Assembly (NCBI GenBank): GCA_034434515.1
Contig: DAOTZA010000229.1
Span: forward strand, 6,490-70,489
Source of the DNA: Anaerolineales bacterium
GTDB taxonomy: Bacteria; Chloroflexota; Anaerolineae; Anaerolineales; UBA4823
DNA: 64,000 bases
Direction: 5' to 3'
The position numbers and the translations under genes were made by a program. The notes beneath the pieces are model-generated. The model was not told where the DNA came from. It saw only the letters and a list, made by a program, of their open reading frames with translations, and did no database searches. Position 1 is the stretch's first letter; the number at the start of each line of letters is the position of its first letter. Below are positions 1-9,766 of the stretch, one piece after another.

Positions 1-1017
1 TTCAACTCACCAGAACAACCTGCACCAACAATGGCGCTGATCTCTCATTTAGATACCGTGTATGCTCCGGAGGAACAAGAGAGACATGATTTCTACTGGC
101 GTATTGAGGGGCGGCGCGCTTATGGACCGGGCTGCGTGGATATTAAGGGCGGGACGGTAATGATCTTGATGGTTTTCGATGCGCTACGAGAAGCTTTTCC
201 AGATGACTTCGAGAAGACCTACTGGATTGTGGCAATGAATGCCAGCGAAGAAGCGCTTGCCGAGGACTTCGGTCAATATTGTTTCGACCGGTTTCCGCCT
301 CACACGCTGGCTTGTCTGGTATTTGAAGCAGGAAATATCCAGGACGAGACCTTCAAACTGGTGGTAGCTCGCAAGGGACGGGCGTATTTTCGGATTGATG
401 TCGAAGGGCGTTCGGCGCATTCGGGGAATAATCACCAGAACGGCGCCAATGCTATTGTACAAATCGCGCATACGATTCAACGGTTAGCTGCTTTGACCGA
501 TTACGAGCGCCAATTGACCTTCAATATAGGAGTTGTGCAGGGGGGCACAGTGGTAAACCGCGTGCCTCATTTTGCCCATGCCGAAGCGGAACTCAGGGCA
601 TTTTCACCACCAATTTTTGACGAGGCTATTCAGAAGGCTTTGGCGTTGCAGGAAGAGAGCCAGGTGTTCAGCCAGGATGGTTTTGCCTGCAAGGTCAAAA
701 TTCACCTTCTGGAACGCACCTCACCCTGGCCAGAGAATGAATCTACCCGGCGACTGTTCAGGGTTTGGCAAAAAACTGCCCTCCAGTTGGATATGAAAGT
801 TGCTGCCGAAAAGCGCGGTGGCTTGAGCGATGGCAATTTCTTTTGGCAACACTTCCCGACCTTAGATGGCTTGGGACCGGCCGGCAACAATGCGCATTGT
901 TCGGAGCGAGATGCCAAGTCCGGTAAGGATCAAGAATATGTGTCGATCCCTTCCTTTGTGCCCAAGGCTTTATTGAATACCCTGGCAATCCATGAATTGA
1001 TCAAGCAAACGCAATGA
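1..1017 (+). CDS. M20/M25/M40 family metallopeptidase (glutamate carboxypeptidase-like), 5'-truncated by window edge
   Basis: Frame 1 is open from base 1 (FNSPEQPAPT-MALISHLDTV). M20 motifs SHLDTV, DIKGG, EE, GRSAHSG, GGLSDGN and AHCSE are present. Confidence 0.88.
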   Translation, partial: FNSPEQPAPTMALISHLDTVYAPEEQERHDFYWRIEGRRAYGPGCVDIKGGTVMILMVFDALREAFPDDFEKTYWIVAMNASEEALAEDFGQYCFDRFPPHTLACLVFEAGNIQDETFKLVVARKGRAYFRIDVEGRSAHSGNNHQNGANAIVQIAHTIQRLAALTDYERQLTFNIGVVQGGTVVNRVPHFAHAEAELRAFSPPIFDEAIQKALALQEESQVFSQDGFACKVKIHLLERTSPWPENESTRRLFRVWQKTALQLDMKVAAEKRGGLSDGNFFWQHFPTLDGLGPAGNNAHCSERDAKSGKDQEYVSIPSFVPKALLNTLAIHELIKQTQ

Positions 1018-3224
1018 TGAAACAAATTGTGCAAAATCTGCGAAACGGAAAAACGCAATTAATTGAAACGCCGGCACCAACCTTGAAGCCAGGTTTTATC
1101 TTGGTTAAAACACGCGTTTCCCTCGTCTCGGCCGGGACAGAGCGTATGGTAGTAGCCTTTAGCGGGAAGAGTCTGATAGGTAAAGTCCGCTCTCGCCCTG
1201 ACCTGGTGCGTCAAACGCTTAGCAAAGCCAGACAAGAAGGACTGTTGACGACTTTAGAGATGGCACTTAACCGCCTGGATCAAGCCATGTCTCTGGGATA
1301 TTCCTCGATGGGAAGGATCGTAGCCATTGGCGAAGGTGTAAGTGGCTTTCAGATAGGACAACGAGTAGCCTGCGGTGGTGGTGGTTATGCAGTTCATGCT
1401 GAATTTGCCTTGGTGCCGAAAAATTTGGCGGTGCCTGTTCCTGACCCGGTTCCCGATGAGGCGGCTGCTTTTGCTACAGTTGGCGCAATTGGAATGCACG
1501 CCTTTCGTCTCACCAAAACTCAGGTGGGTGAACGAATTGCAGTGATTGGGATGGGCCTGGTGGGTTTTATGGCAGCTCTGGTTGCTCGAGCGGCTGGCTG
1601 TGAGGTTGCGGCTTTTGAGCCAGATGCCTGGCGTTTAGAACTTTGCCGCAAGATGGGATTTGTAGCTGCTGAGCCAGGTCAGGCTATTGAATTGACTCCC
1701 ATCTTTACCGAGGGCAAGGGGTTTGATGCGGTTATTATCGCTGCAGATACACCCTCCTCCCAGCCGGTTGAGCTGGCAGCAAGCATTGCCCGTTCGCGGG
1801 CAACCATCGTGGCAGCCGGCGCGGTTGGGGAAGACCTGCCGCGCAAGCCCTATTATGAGAAAGAGCTTTTCTTTGTCAACTCGCGCTCTTATGGTCCAGG
1901 GCGCTACGATGCCCAATATGAAGAACAGGGGATAGATTACCCAATCGATTATGTGCGCTGGACGGAGGGGCGTAACCTGGCTGCCTTCATCCGCCTACTC
2001 GAGAAGCGAGCCATTGATGTTCATCCCTTGATCACCCATCGTTTTACCCTTGAACAGGCGGCCCAAGCTTATGCTTTGATCTCCAAAAAGGATAGTGAGC
2101 CTTTTTTAGCGGTCTTGTTTGAATACCCCGATCAGGACCAGGAACCAATCTCGACCATTCAACTTCCACGGCTGCAGAACCCGGCAAAGCGTTCGGAAGC
2201 ACCGCTGCGAGTCGGCGTGATTGGAGCCGGCAATTTTGCCTCTCTCGTCATGCTACCCCTTCTCAAACGTATCAATGGTGTTGAATTAAGGGGAATTGCC
2301 TCCGCCAGCGGTTTATCGGCGCAGCATTTGGGAAAAAAATACCATTTCCACTACGTCACCAGTGAAGCTGTGCAAGTACTTGAGGATAAAGAAATCGACC
2401 TGATCCTGATCTTAACCCGTCATCATCTTCACGCTCAACAAACTACAGCAGCCTTACGGGCAGGGAAGCACGTTTTCTGTGAAAAACCGCTGGCAATTTG
2501 TGAAGCTGATTTGAATCTGATCCAAGAAGCGCTTGGGCTAACGGCTGAACAGGGAGGGTCGAGCCAAACAGCGAAAGAGATCCCCCTGCTGATGGTAGGC
2601 TTCAATCGACGCTTTGCACCATTTATCCAGAAATTGAAAAAATTCATGACGCCAAGACATCAGCCAGCCATGATCCACTATCGGATCAATGCTGGATATA
2701 TTCCCCGCTCCCATTGGGTGCAAGATGCTCACCAGGGAGGAGGGCGTCTGATTGGAGAAGTGTGTCACTTCGTGGATACGATGGTCTATCTGTTGGACGC
2801 CTTACCGGACAAGGTGTGGGTGAAAAGCCTGCCAGATGAGCAATGGTACTGTGAAGATAACCTGGTCTTGAATTTCAACTTTCCGGATGGTTCGATTGGG
2901 GTGATTACCTATCTTGCAAACGGAGATAAAGCCTTTCCCAAAGAGCGCCTCGAGGTCTTTTGGGGTGGGAAAGTGGCGGTGATGGATGATTTTCGGCGCC
3001 TGGAGCTAGTCCATAATGGAGAGCGCCACATCGAGCGGAGCTGGCTGCGACAGGATAAGGGTCATGCCGCTGAACTGCGCGCTTTCCTGAGATCGATCAC
3101 GCAATCAGGCACACCGCCGATCTCCTATCAGCATCTCCTAGGGGTCAGCCAGGCGACCCTGACTGCCCAACAAGCCCTTCATTCAGGGAAAGAAGAGACA
3201 ATTCCCTACCCGAGTATACGATGA
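1014..3224 (+). CDS. Bi-domain oxidoreductase (MDR/Zn-ADH-like domain + Gfo/Idh/MocA domain), surface-polysaccharide associated
   Basis: N-terminal MDR fold (SLVSAGTE, GYSSMG, VIGMGLVG, SRSYGPGRYD). C-terminal Gfo/Idh/MocA domain (GVIGAGNFA, HVFCEKP, VGFNRRF, GEVCHFVD). ATGA overlap with the upstream gene. Confidence 0.88.
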   Translation: MMKQIVQNLRNGKTQLIETPAPTLKPGFILVKTRVSLVSAGTERMVVAFSGKSLIGKVRSRPDLVRQTLSKARQEGLLTTLEMALNRLDQAMSLGYSSMGRIVAIGEGVSGFQIGQRVACGGGGYAVHAEFALVPKNLAVPVPDPVPDEAAAFATVGAIGMHAFRLTKTQVGERIAVIGMGLVGFMAALVARAAGCEVAAFEPDAWRLELCRKMGFVAAEPGQAIELTPIFTEGKGFDAVIIAADTPSSQPVELAASIARSRATIVAAGAVGEDLPRKPYYEKELFFVNSRSYGPGRYDAQYEEQGIDYPIDYVRWTEGRNLAAFIRLLEKRAIDVHPLITHRFTLEQAAQAYALISKKDSEPFLAVLFEYPDQDQEPISTIQLPRLQNPAKRSEAPLRVGVIGAGNFASLVMLPLLKRINGVELRGIASASGLSAQHLGKKYHFHYVTSEAVQVLEDKEIDLILILTRHHLHAQQTTAALRAGKHVFCEKPLAICEADLNLIQEALGLTAEQGGSSQTAKEIPLLMVGFNRRFAPFIQKLKKFMTPRHQPAMIHYRINAGYIPRSHWVQDAHQGGGRLIGEVCHFVDTMVYLLDALPDKVWVKSLPDEQWYCEDNLVLNFNFPDGSIGVITYLANGDKAFPKERLEVFWGGKVAVMDDFRRLELVHNGERHIERSWLRQDKGHAAELRAFLRSITQSGTPPISYQHLLGVSQATLTAQQALHSGKEETIPYPSIR

Positions 3225-5257
3225 CTCCTGCCGGACGATTTTGGCTGGTTTTAAGGGCGATCCTGTCCCTGGGGGTCACCCCGCTTGCGAACTATACCTG
3301 GTATCAATTTGGGATGCGTAGCGGCTTAACCGAAAGAGTTAGCTATACAGCCCTGCTACGGGCTTTGAAAGGTGCAAAGGGCGTACAATTTCAGCCCGTT
3401 TTTCAATTGCCATCTCCGCAGCTACTGATTTCGGTGATGGGCGATCAAGTTCAAGATTTACTGCAAGAAGCTGAGGACGTCTGTGCGGGAAAAACGCGCC
3501 TTTTTGGTTTTCAATTATTTGATTTGGATTACCGCCAGGGAAAGTCGGAGCTATGGTTCACCAGAGTGGAACGTTCGCTCGTGGATAAAAAAGAAGGCCC
3601 TGTAGATATGAAATTCTTTTGGGAGCCGGCTCGCTTTGGTTGGGTCTATCCCTTAGGACGCGCTTATCGCATTCGTCCCGAAGAGCGGTATGTTGAAAAA
3701 TTTTGGGAAGGTTTTGAATCCTTTTCGGAGCACCATCCTCCCTATTATGGCGTGAACTGGTTGTCTGCTCAAGAAGTCGCTCTGCGCCTGATGGCATTAA
3801 CTTTTGGTTTTCAGGTCTTTCAAAACGCCGCAGCAAGCACAGCAGAACGGAAGCAAAGCCTGCTCGAAGCGCTGGCTGTCCATGCAGCGCGCATTCCCTG
3901 CACCCTTTCTTATGCCGTGGCGCAAAATAATAATCACCTCCTGAGTGAAGCGGTGGGATTGATGACCGCTGGAGCGGTCTTACGGGGACATTCGCTTTCC
4001 GATACATGGTGGAAGACGGGCTGGAAATGGTTTTTGCTCGGCATCTGCCGCCAGATTGCTGAAGATGGAACGTATGTTCAGCACAGTGCAAATTATCACC
4101 GCTTGATGCTCCAGTTAGCCCTTTGGGCGCGTTTGCTAGCCGTAGGTAAGGGGGTAGAATTTCCAAATCCTGTCTCTCACCGCCTAACCGAAGCTGCAAA
4201 GTGGTTGTGGGAATGCTGTGAGGTGAGCAATGGACGCGTCCCGAATTTAGGTCCAAACGATGGGGCAATCATTCAACCGCTAAGTCAAACCCCGTTTCAC
4301 GATTATCGGGCGGTAATTCAGGCTGCCTGGCGGGCTTTTGTCGGTAAAGCAGCCTTTCCACAAGGCGTTTGGGATGAGATGAGCCTCTGGTATGGAGTTT
4401 GGCATCTGCCTATCCCTGCTGACAAAGCGGCTTTTGAAGAAGAGCAAATACCTCCTGAGAAAGAGCCCTTATCGATTCGCCCAAATTCATGGGTGCTCAT
4501 TCGTTCCCAGAAGCAAAAAACGTGGGCAGCTTTCCGTTGTCCCCGCTTTTTTTCTCGCCCTGCTCACGCCGATCTCCTTCACGTTGATTTATGGTGGGAT
4601 GGGGTAAACCTGGCGATGGATGCCGGCACCTACCGATATACGGCTCCGCCGCCATGGGAAAACTCCCTCGCTGAGGCCTTTTACCATAACACGGTAACGG
4701 TTGACGGTCGTAACCCAATGACCAGAGCGGGGAAATTTCTTTGGCTGGATTGGGCTAAGACCAGGATCGAACTCAACCGAAACGACAAGATTAAGTCAGA
4801 TTTGGTGGTAGGGGCAGAACATACGGGCTATCTGGCTCGAGGTGTACGCTACCAACGCTGGGTTACGCTGCAAGAGGATCACCTTTGGATCATTAATGAT
4901 TGCCTTGAGCCAGCACATCCCGAAAAGCAGCCAATTGCCCCGATGGTTCGCCTGCACTGGCTGGTCACTTTGGGTGATTGGCAAGTCACCAAAGAAGCAT
5001 TCGGCTGGGGTATCCTTTTGCGGCTCCATGATCGACAATTGCGGTTATGGTTAAAAGCTCCAGGAACGTCTCATTTGCGCATCGTGAAAGCGGGTAAGGT
5101 GGTTTTTGGAGAAGGTGGGGTGATGCCAGTTTATGGGTATTTCTCACCCTCGTATAATCACCTTGAACCGGCGCTCTCGGTGATCTTAGAGGTGCAGGCA
5201 ACCCTGCCGCTGAATTTAGAAACCGTTTGGGATTTAACTGCTACTGATAAGCTATGA
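3221..5257 (+). CDS. Heparinase II/III-like (alginate lyase family) protein
   Basis: Motifs WEPARF, EVALR, NNHLLSE, QHSANYHRL, HADLLH, DAGTYRY and HNTVTVDG. Confidence 0.85.
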   Translation: MTPAGRFWLVLRAILSLGVTPLANYTWYQFGMRSGLTERVSYTALLRALKGAKGVQFQPVFQLPSPQLLISVMGDQVQDLLQEAEDVCAGKTRLFGFQLFDLDYRQGKSELWFTRVERSLVDKKEGPVDMKFFWEPARFGWVYPLGRAYRIRPEERYVEKFWEGFESFSEHHPPYYGVNWLSAQEVALRLMALTFGFQVFQNAAASTAERKQSLLEALAVHAARIPCTLSYAVAQNNNHLLSEAVGLMTAGAVLRGHSLSDTWWKTGWKWFLLGICRQIAEDGTYVQHSANYHRLMLQLALWARLLAVGKGVEFPNPVSHRLTEAAKWLWECCEVSNGRVPNLGPNDGAIIQPLSQTPFHDYRAVIQAAWRAFVGKAAFPQGVWDEMSLWYGVWHLPIPADKAAFEEEQIPPEKEPLSIRPNSWVLIRSQKQKTWAAFRCPRFFSRPAHADLLHVDLWWDGVNLAMDAGTYRYTAPPPWENSLAEAFYHNTVTVDGRNPMTRAGKFLWLDWAKTRIELNRNDKIKSDLVVGAEHTGYLARGVRYQRWVTLQEDHLWIINDCLEPAHPEKQPIAPMVRLHWLVTLGDWQVTKEAFGWGILLRLHDRQLRLWLKAPGTSHLRIVKAGKVVFGEGGVMPVYGYFSPSYNHLEPALSVILEVQATLPLNLETVWDLTATDKL

Positions 5258-6474
5258 GAATTCTCTTGATTCATCAAGCCTTTGCTGCCCTGGATGAGCC
5301 GGGGGGCACCCGTCATCATGAACTGGCACGCTTTTTTGCCGAACGTGGGCATCAGGTGGTGGTGATCACCAGTCCCATTAATTACATGACCGGCGCGGAG
5401 CATTCGGTAGAAAAAATAGAGCAAATGAAGCTTGGCAAAGGAGAGGTCATCATCCTGCGGGTTCCGGTCTATCGCGCTTTTCATCGTAGCTTTGTACATC
5501 GTACCTTGAGTTTTATCAGCTTTATGCTTTCTTCTCTGTGGTATGCCTTAACCCTCAAGTCGCCCGATGTGGTATGGGGAACTTCTCCCCCGATTTTTCA
5601 GGTGATCACTGCCTGGTTGGTGGCTAAAGTGAAGCAAAAACCCTTGGTATTTGAAGTGCGAGATCTCTGGCCGGCTTTTGCGGTGCAGGTGGGTGTGTTA
5701 CGAAATCGATTCTTGATCGCTGCGTCTGAATGGTTAGAGCAGTTCCTTCTTCGTCAAGCAGACGTGGTCGTGGTCAATTCGCCCGGATTCGTATCCCATG
5801 TTCGCCAGCGGGGTGCAAAACGCATCGAAATTATTCCAAACGGCTCCGATGTGGAGCTGTTTGCTCTCCCCCCAGATGAAAATGACTTTCGGCGAGCGAA
5901 TGGATTAGAAGGCAAGTTTGTCGTTTTGTATGCCGGCGCGCACGGAATGTCCAACGATTTGGATCAGGTCTTGGCGGCGGCGGAAGAGCTACGCACCGTT
6001 GCGGAGATCGTTTTTGTTTTGGTGGGAGATGGCAAGGAAAAACCCAGATTACAGCAAAAGGCAGCCGACTTAAAGTTAACCAATGTCCTGTTTCTGCCGC
6101 CAGTGGCGAAAACAGACATGGCAAAGGTGATTCACGGAGCGGACGTTTGCCTGGCGATCTTAAAACCGATCCCATTGTACGGAACAGTTTATCCCAATAA
6201 AGTATTCGATTACATGGCTGCCGGCAAAGCGGTACTTTTGGCAATTCCTGGTGTCATTCGAGAGGTTATCGAAGAACATCGCGCGGGGATTGCTATTCCT
6301 CCTGGAGATTCGCACGCTTTAGCGGAGGCGGTACTTTTCTTATCTCATAACCTTGAGCTGGTTCTCCAGCTAGGGTGTAATGGGCAAAGAGCGATTGAAG
6401 AACATTATAACCGAAAAAAGCTGGCTGCGGATTTTCTGGCTCTTTTTGAAGAATTAGCTGACCGAACGGATTAA
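5254..6474 (+). CDS. Glycosyltransferase family 4 (WbuB-like)
   Basis: GT-B motifs TSPPIF, EVRDLWP, IPNG, YAGAHG and PNKVFDYMAAGK. Confidence 0.9.
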   Translation: MRILLIHQAFAALDEPGGTRHHELARFFAERGHQVVVITSPINYMTGAEHSVEKIEQMKLGKGEVIILRVPVYRAFHRSFVHRTLSFISFMLSSLWYALTLKSPDVVWGTSPPIFQVITAWLVAKVKQKPLVFEVRDLWPAFAVQVGVLRNRFLIAASEWLEQFLLRQADVVVVNSPGFVSHVRQRGAKRIEIIPNGSDVELFALPPDENDFRRANGLEGKFVVLYAGAHGMSNDLDQVLAAAEELRTVAEIVFVLVGDGKEKPRLQQKAADLKLTNVLFLPPVAKTDMAKVIHGADVCLAILKPIPLYGTVYPNKVFDYMAAGKAVLLAIPGVIREVIEEHRAGIAIPPGDSHALAEAVLFLSHNLELVLQLGCNGQRAIEEHYNRKKLAADFLALFEELADRTD

Positions 6475-7418
6475 TTCTGAGGAACGATTTTTTCTTTCGT
6501 ATAGACTTCAGTTATCCAATGATGATATTTTGGAAGGCGACCGCGAATGGCTTTTTCAAAAGCCTCGCGTAAGAAACTAGTGATTGGTCCCATTATCCCT
6601 TTGCCTACTGGTCGGTGATCTACTTGAGTAACCGCAACGATCTGGGCTGCGGAACCGGTTAAGAATAATTCTTCGCATAAATAGATTTCTGTGCGATCGA
6701 TGGGATGTTCATGGACAGTTAGATTGAGTTCGTTCTGCGCCATTTCAATCACCGAACGCCGCGTAATGCCTTCGAGAATATTGTCAGTTACCGGTGGCGT
6801 AACCAGAATTCCATTCTTAACCATAAATACGTTCATCGCACTGGCTTCGGATACATGCCCATCCTCAGTAAGTACCAATGCTTCATCAAAACCAGCCAAT
6901 ACAGCATCGGTTTTGATAAACGCAGAATTAATATAAGCACCGCTGATCTTCCCTCGTGCTGGAATGGCATTATCGTCGATGCGGCGCCAGGATGAGAAAG
7001 TTACGTGGGCATTGGTGTCGTTCTTGAGATAGCGTCCAAAAGGGATAGCGACAATGGCGATTTCATCGCGTAAATCGTGCAATCTTACCCCAATCACTTC
7101 GTCAGCTTTGTAAGCAATGGGGCGAATGTAAATGTCCTGGCGATAATTTTCCTGGCGGATGAGGTCAAGTGTAACCCGGGTCAGGCTATGTGGGGAATGG
7201 TTTAGCTCCATTCGGAGCAGTCTGGCAGAGTTCAATAATCTTTCGTAATGTTCCAGAGGGCGGAACAGATACAATTGTTCTTGTTCTTGATTCCAGTAGG
7301 CGCGGAGACCCCCAAAGACCGCGGTGCCATAATTGAAACCGTGCGTCAAGACACTAATTTTCGCTTCAGAATACGGGACGATCTTTCCTTGAAAATAGGC
7401 ATGGAGAGGAATGGACAT
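6471..7418 (-). CDS. ilvE: Branched-chain amino acid transaminase
   Basis: PLP fold-IV motifs YGTAVFGGLRAY, K in GKISGAY, EASAMNVF, ILEGITR and FLTGSAA. Start set at MSIPL behind an AAGGAG SD. Confidence 0.92.
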   Translation of the reverse strand: MSIPLHAYFQGKIVPYSEAKISVLTHGFNYGTAVFGGLRAYWNQEQEQLYLFRPLEHYERLLNSARLLRMELNHSPHSLTRVTLDLIRQENYRQDIYIRPIAYKADEVIGVRLHDLRDEIAIVAIPFGRYLKNDTNAHVTFSSWRRIDDNAIPARGKISGAYINSAFIKTDAVLAGFDEALVLTEDGHVSEASAMNVFMVKNGILVTPPVTDNILEGITRRSVIEMAQNELNLTVHEHPIDRTEIYLCEELFLTGSAAQIVAVTQVDHRPVGKGIMGPITSFLREAFEKAIRGRLPKYHHWITEVYTKEKIVPQN

Positions 7419-7572
7419 GGGAACCTTCTCCTTCGAAAGAAACCACAAGGGTAGGTTTTCTTTGATTATACTCTTTCTTCTTCTCCTTACGGTGCTTGCG
7501 TCTATCCAAAGGGGAAACCTTAGAGTATGATTGGGGTTGTCTCATACAGAACTTTATTTGGAGGCGGACAAG

Positions 7573-8472
7573 ATGAAGCGTGCGGTTAGCATTAGTATTG
7601 GCTCGTCGAAGCGGGATAAACGGGTGGAAGTGCAACTGTTAGGGGAAACGGTATTGATCGAACGAATTGGGACTGACGGTGATATGGAGAAAGCAGCCCG
7701 GCTGTATCAGGAGCTGGATGGGAAGGTGGATGCTTTTGGAGTTGGTGGAGCAGATTTAGGTGTCATGGTGGATCGAAAGTGGTATCCTTTATATTCTGTG
7801 CAGTCGATGGTTCGCTTTGTCAAAAATACTCCTCTCGTAGATGGGGCTGGATTAAAAAATTCATTAGAGTATCGCCTGGCGCCAATTATCAATGAGCAGA
7901 TAGGTGATTACGTGAAAGAGCGCAAGGCTTTTATTACAGTAGGTGTGGATCGGTGGGGAATGGCTTGCTCCTTTGCCGATCACGGCTACGAATGTATCTT
8001 TGGGGACATGATGTTTGCCTTAGGATTGCCATTCCCGATTCGCAAGACCGCTACCTTGAAAGTGTTGGCAGCGATTTTAATGCCAATTGCTGGTCGGCTT
8101 CCCTTTGAGTGGCTTTATCCCACTGGTGAAAAACAGGAGCAGCGAATCCCGAAATGGGAAAAATACTACCGCTGGGCAACCGTGATTGCCGGGGATTGCC
8201 ATTACATCAAGAGACATATGCCCGAACGATTGGAAGGCAAAGTGATTGCCACTAACACAACCACTGCTTCGGATGTTGAACTGTTCCGCCAGGCAGGGGT
8301 GAAATATCTGGTGACTTCAACCCCAGTTTTGGAGGGCCGTTCCTTTGGCACAAACATGATGGAAGCTGCCTTGATTGCCGCCAGTGGGAAGGGACGAAAA
8401 TTAACCATAGAGGAGTTAAATGAAATTTTAGACCAAATCGGTTTACAACCTCAGCTTCAGGAGTTGAACTGA
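7573..8472 (+). CDS. Conserved uncharacterised protein (family usually labelled 'quinate 5-dehydrogenase'; function unverified)
   Basis: MKRAVSISIGSSKRD...ERIGTDGD...DAFGVGG...PLVDGAGLK...GDMMFALG...TNTTT...GRSFGTNMMEA is recognised from memory as this family. SD GGAGG precedes ATG 7573. Confidence 0.7.
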   Translation: MKRAVSISIGSSKRDKRVEVQLLGETVLIERIGTDGDMEKAARLYQELDGKVDAFGVGGADLGVMVDRKWYPLYSVQSMVRFVKNTPLVDGAGLKNSLEYRLAPIINEQIGDYVKERKAFITVGVDRWGMACSFADHGYECIFGDMMFALGLPFPIRKTATLKVLAAILMPIAGRLPFEWLYPTGEKQEQRIPKWEKYYRWATVIAGDCHYIKRHMPERLEGKVIATNTTTASDVELFRQAGVKYLVTSTPVLEGRSFGTNMMEAALIAASGKGRKLTIEELNEILDQIGLQPQLQELN

Positions 8473-9263
8473 TGCTTCCCGCAATCGTAACTGCTGGTGG
8501 AATTCCTCAACCGGGTGAACCGCTCTATCCTCTTTCTCAGGGGAGAGAGAAGGCTTTACTTCCGATAGCTGGAAAGCCGATGATCCAGTGGGTATTAGAA
8601 GCAGTGGAAAGTGCTTCGCTCATTGATACGGTGATTGTCGTTGGGGTGGCATTGCCTGAAAACCTTCAGAGTGCAAAGGTGCGGGCAATTCTTCCCAATC
8701 AGGAAGATATGCTGGCGAATATCCTGACCGGGATGAGAAAGCTTCTGGAAATTGAACCCGCAGCTCATCACGTCGTTTTGGTATCCTCGGATATCCCGGC
8801 AATCACCGGTGAGATGGTGGACTGGCTGGTGCAGGTAACCATGCAGACGGATGAAGATGTCTATTATACGGTTATTGAGCGGCGCGTCATGGAAGCAAAA
8901 TATCCACTCTCCAAACGGTCTTACACTCGTTTGAAAGATATCGAGGTTTGTGGCGGCGATATGAACGTTGTGCGGGCGACTCTGGACGCAGAGAACCAAC
9001 AAATGTGGAAAAACATTATTGCTGCCCGAAAGAATGTATTCAAACAGGCGGCGTTAATTGGTTTGGATACATTGTTTTATCTTCTCATTCGTCAGATTAC
9101 CCTAGATCAGGCGGTGCGAACGGTGGCATCGAGAATGAACATCAGTGGGCGAGCTATTGTCTGTCCGTATGCTGAAGTTGGAATGGATATCGATAAACCG
9201 CATCAATTTGACATCGTCGAGGCAGATTTACTTCAACGGCTGAGGAGTAACCTGATAGCATGA
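8472..9263 (+). CDS. Nucleotidyltransferase (MobA/CofC/CobY-like NTP_transf_3 family)
   Basis: AIVTAGG, KALLPIAGKPMIQWV, SSDIP and MDIDKP motifs. TGATG coupling to the upstream gene. Confidence 0.8.
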   Translation: MLPAIVTAGGIPQPGEPLYPLSQGREKALLPIAGKPMIQWVLEAVESASLIDTVIVVGVALPENLQSAKVRAILPNQEDMLANILTGMRKLLEIEPAAHHVVLVSSDIPAITGEMVDWLVQVTMQTDEDVYYTVIERRVMEAKYPLSKRSYTRLKDIEVCGGDMNVVRATLDAENQQMWKNIIAARKNVFKQAALIGLDTLFYLLIRQITLDQAVRTVASRMNISGRAIVCPYAEVGMDIDKPHQFDIVEADLLQRLRSNLIA

Positions 9264-9766
9264 AACGGTGGATGGAGTGGGATGCACGCTTCAGTGAAAA
9301 AATGCGCATAGATGATAGTCGCAGTTGGGTGAAAAGGGGGGCAGCGATCTTCGCCCATTCAGGGGATTCGTGGTTCTGGCTATTGGGCTTAATCCTGGTC
9401 GGGTTCTTCTTCCCTTCCCTGAGGCAACTTGCGTTTCTCTATGCTGGGGCGATCTTGTTTCTGGCTATCTTGGTGTTGGGAATCAAATTCTCGGTCAGAC
9501 GTCAAAGGCCGCAGGGTGAGTGGGGTGCAATCTATCGACGCACAGACCCCCATTCATTCCCCTCCGGCCATGCAGCTCGGGCGACCCTCTTGGCGGTTTT
9601 GGGAGTTGGAGTGGGGCCCCCGCTGTGGGGGCTTGCGTTAACCATTTGGGCGCCTTTGGTTAGCCTTTCCCGGGTAGCTTTGGGACTTCATTACCTGTCA
9701 GATATTTTGGCAGGGGCGCTGTTAGGAGCGTTGGTTGGGATCTTGAGCTTATGGTGGCTAGGCTAA
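9260..9766 (+). CDS. PAP2 family membrane phosphatase
   Basis: K...RRQRP, SFPSGHA and SRVALGLHYLSD catalytic motifs with hydrophobic helices. ATGA overlap. Confidence 0.88.
   Translation: MKRWMEWDARFSEKMRIDDSRSWVKRGAAIFAHSGDSWFWLLGLILVGFFFPSLRQLAFLYAGAILFLAILVLGIKFSVRRQRPQGEWGAIYRRTDPHSFPSGHAARATLLAVLGVGVGPPLWGLALTIWAPLVSLSRVALGLHYLSDILAGALLGALVGILSLWWLG

Noticed and set aside
7573-8472. Literal quinate dehydrogenase function
   Set aside because: No aromatic-pathway neighbours and no recognisable AroE-type motifs. The name appears to be a propagated label.
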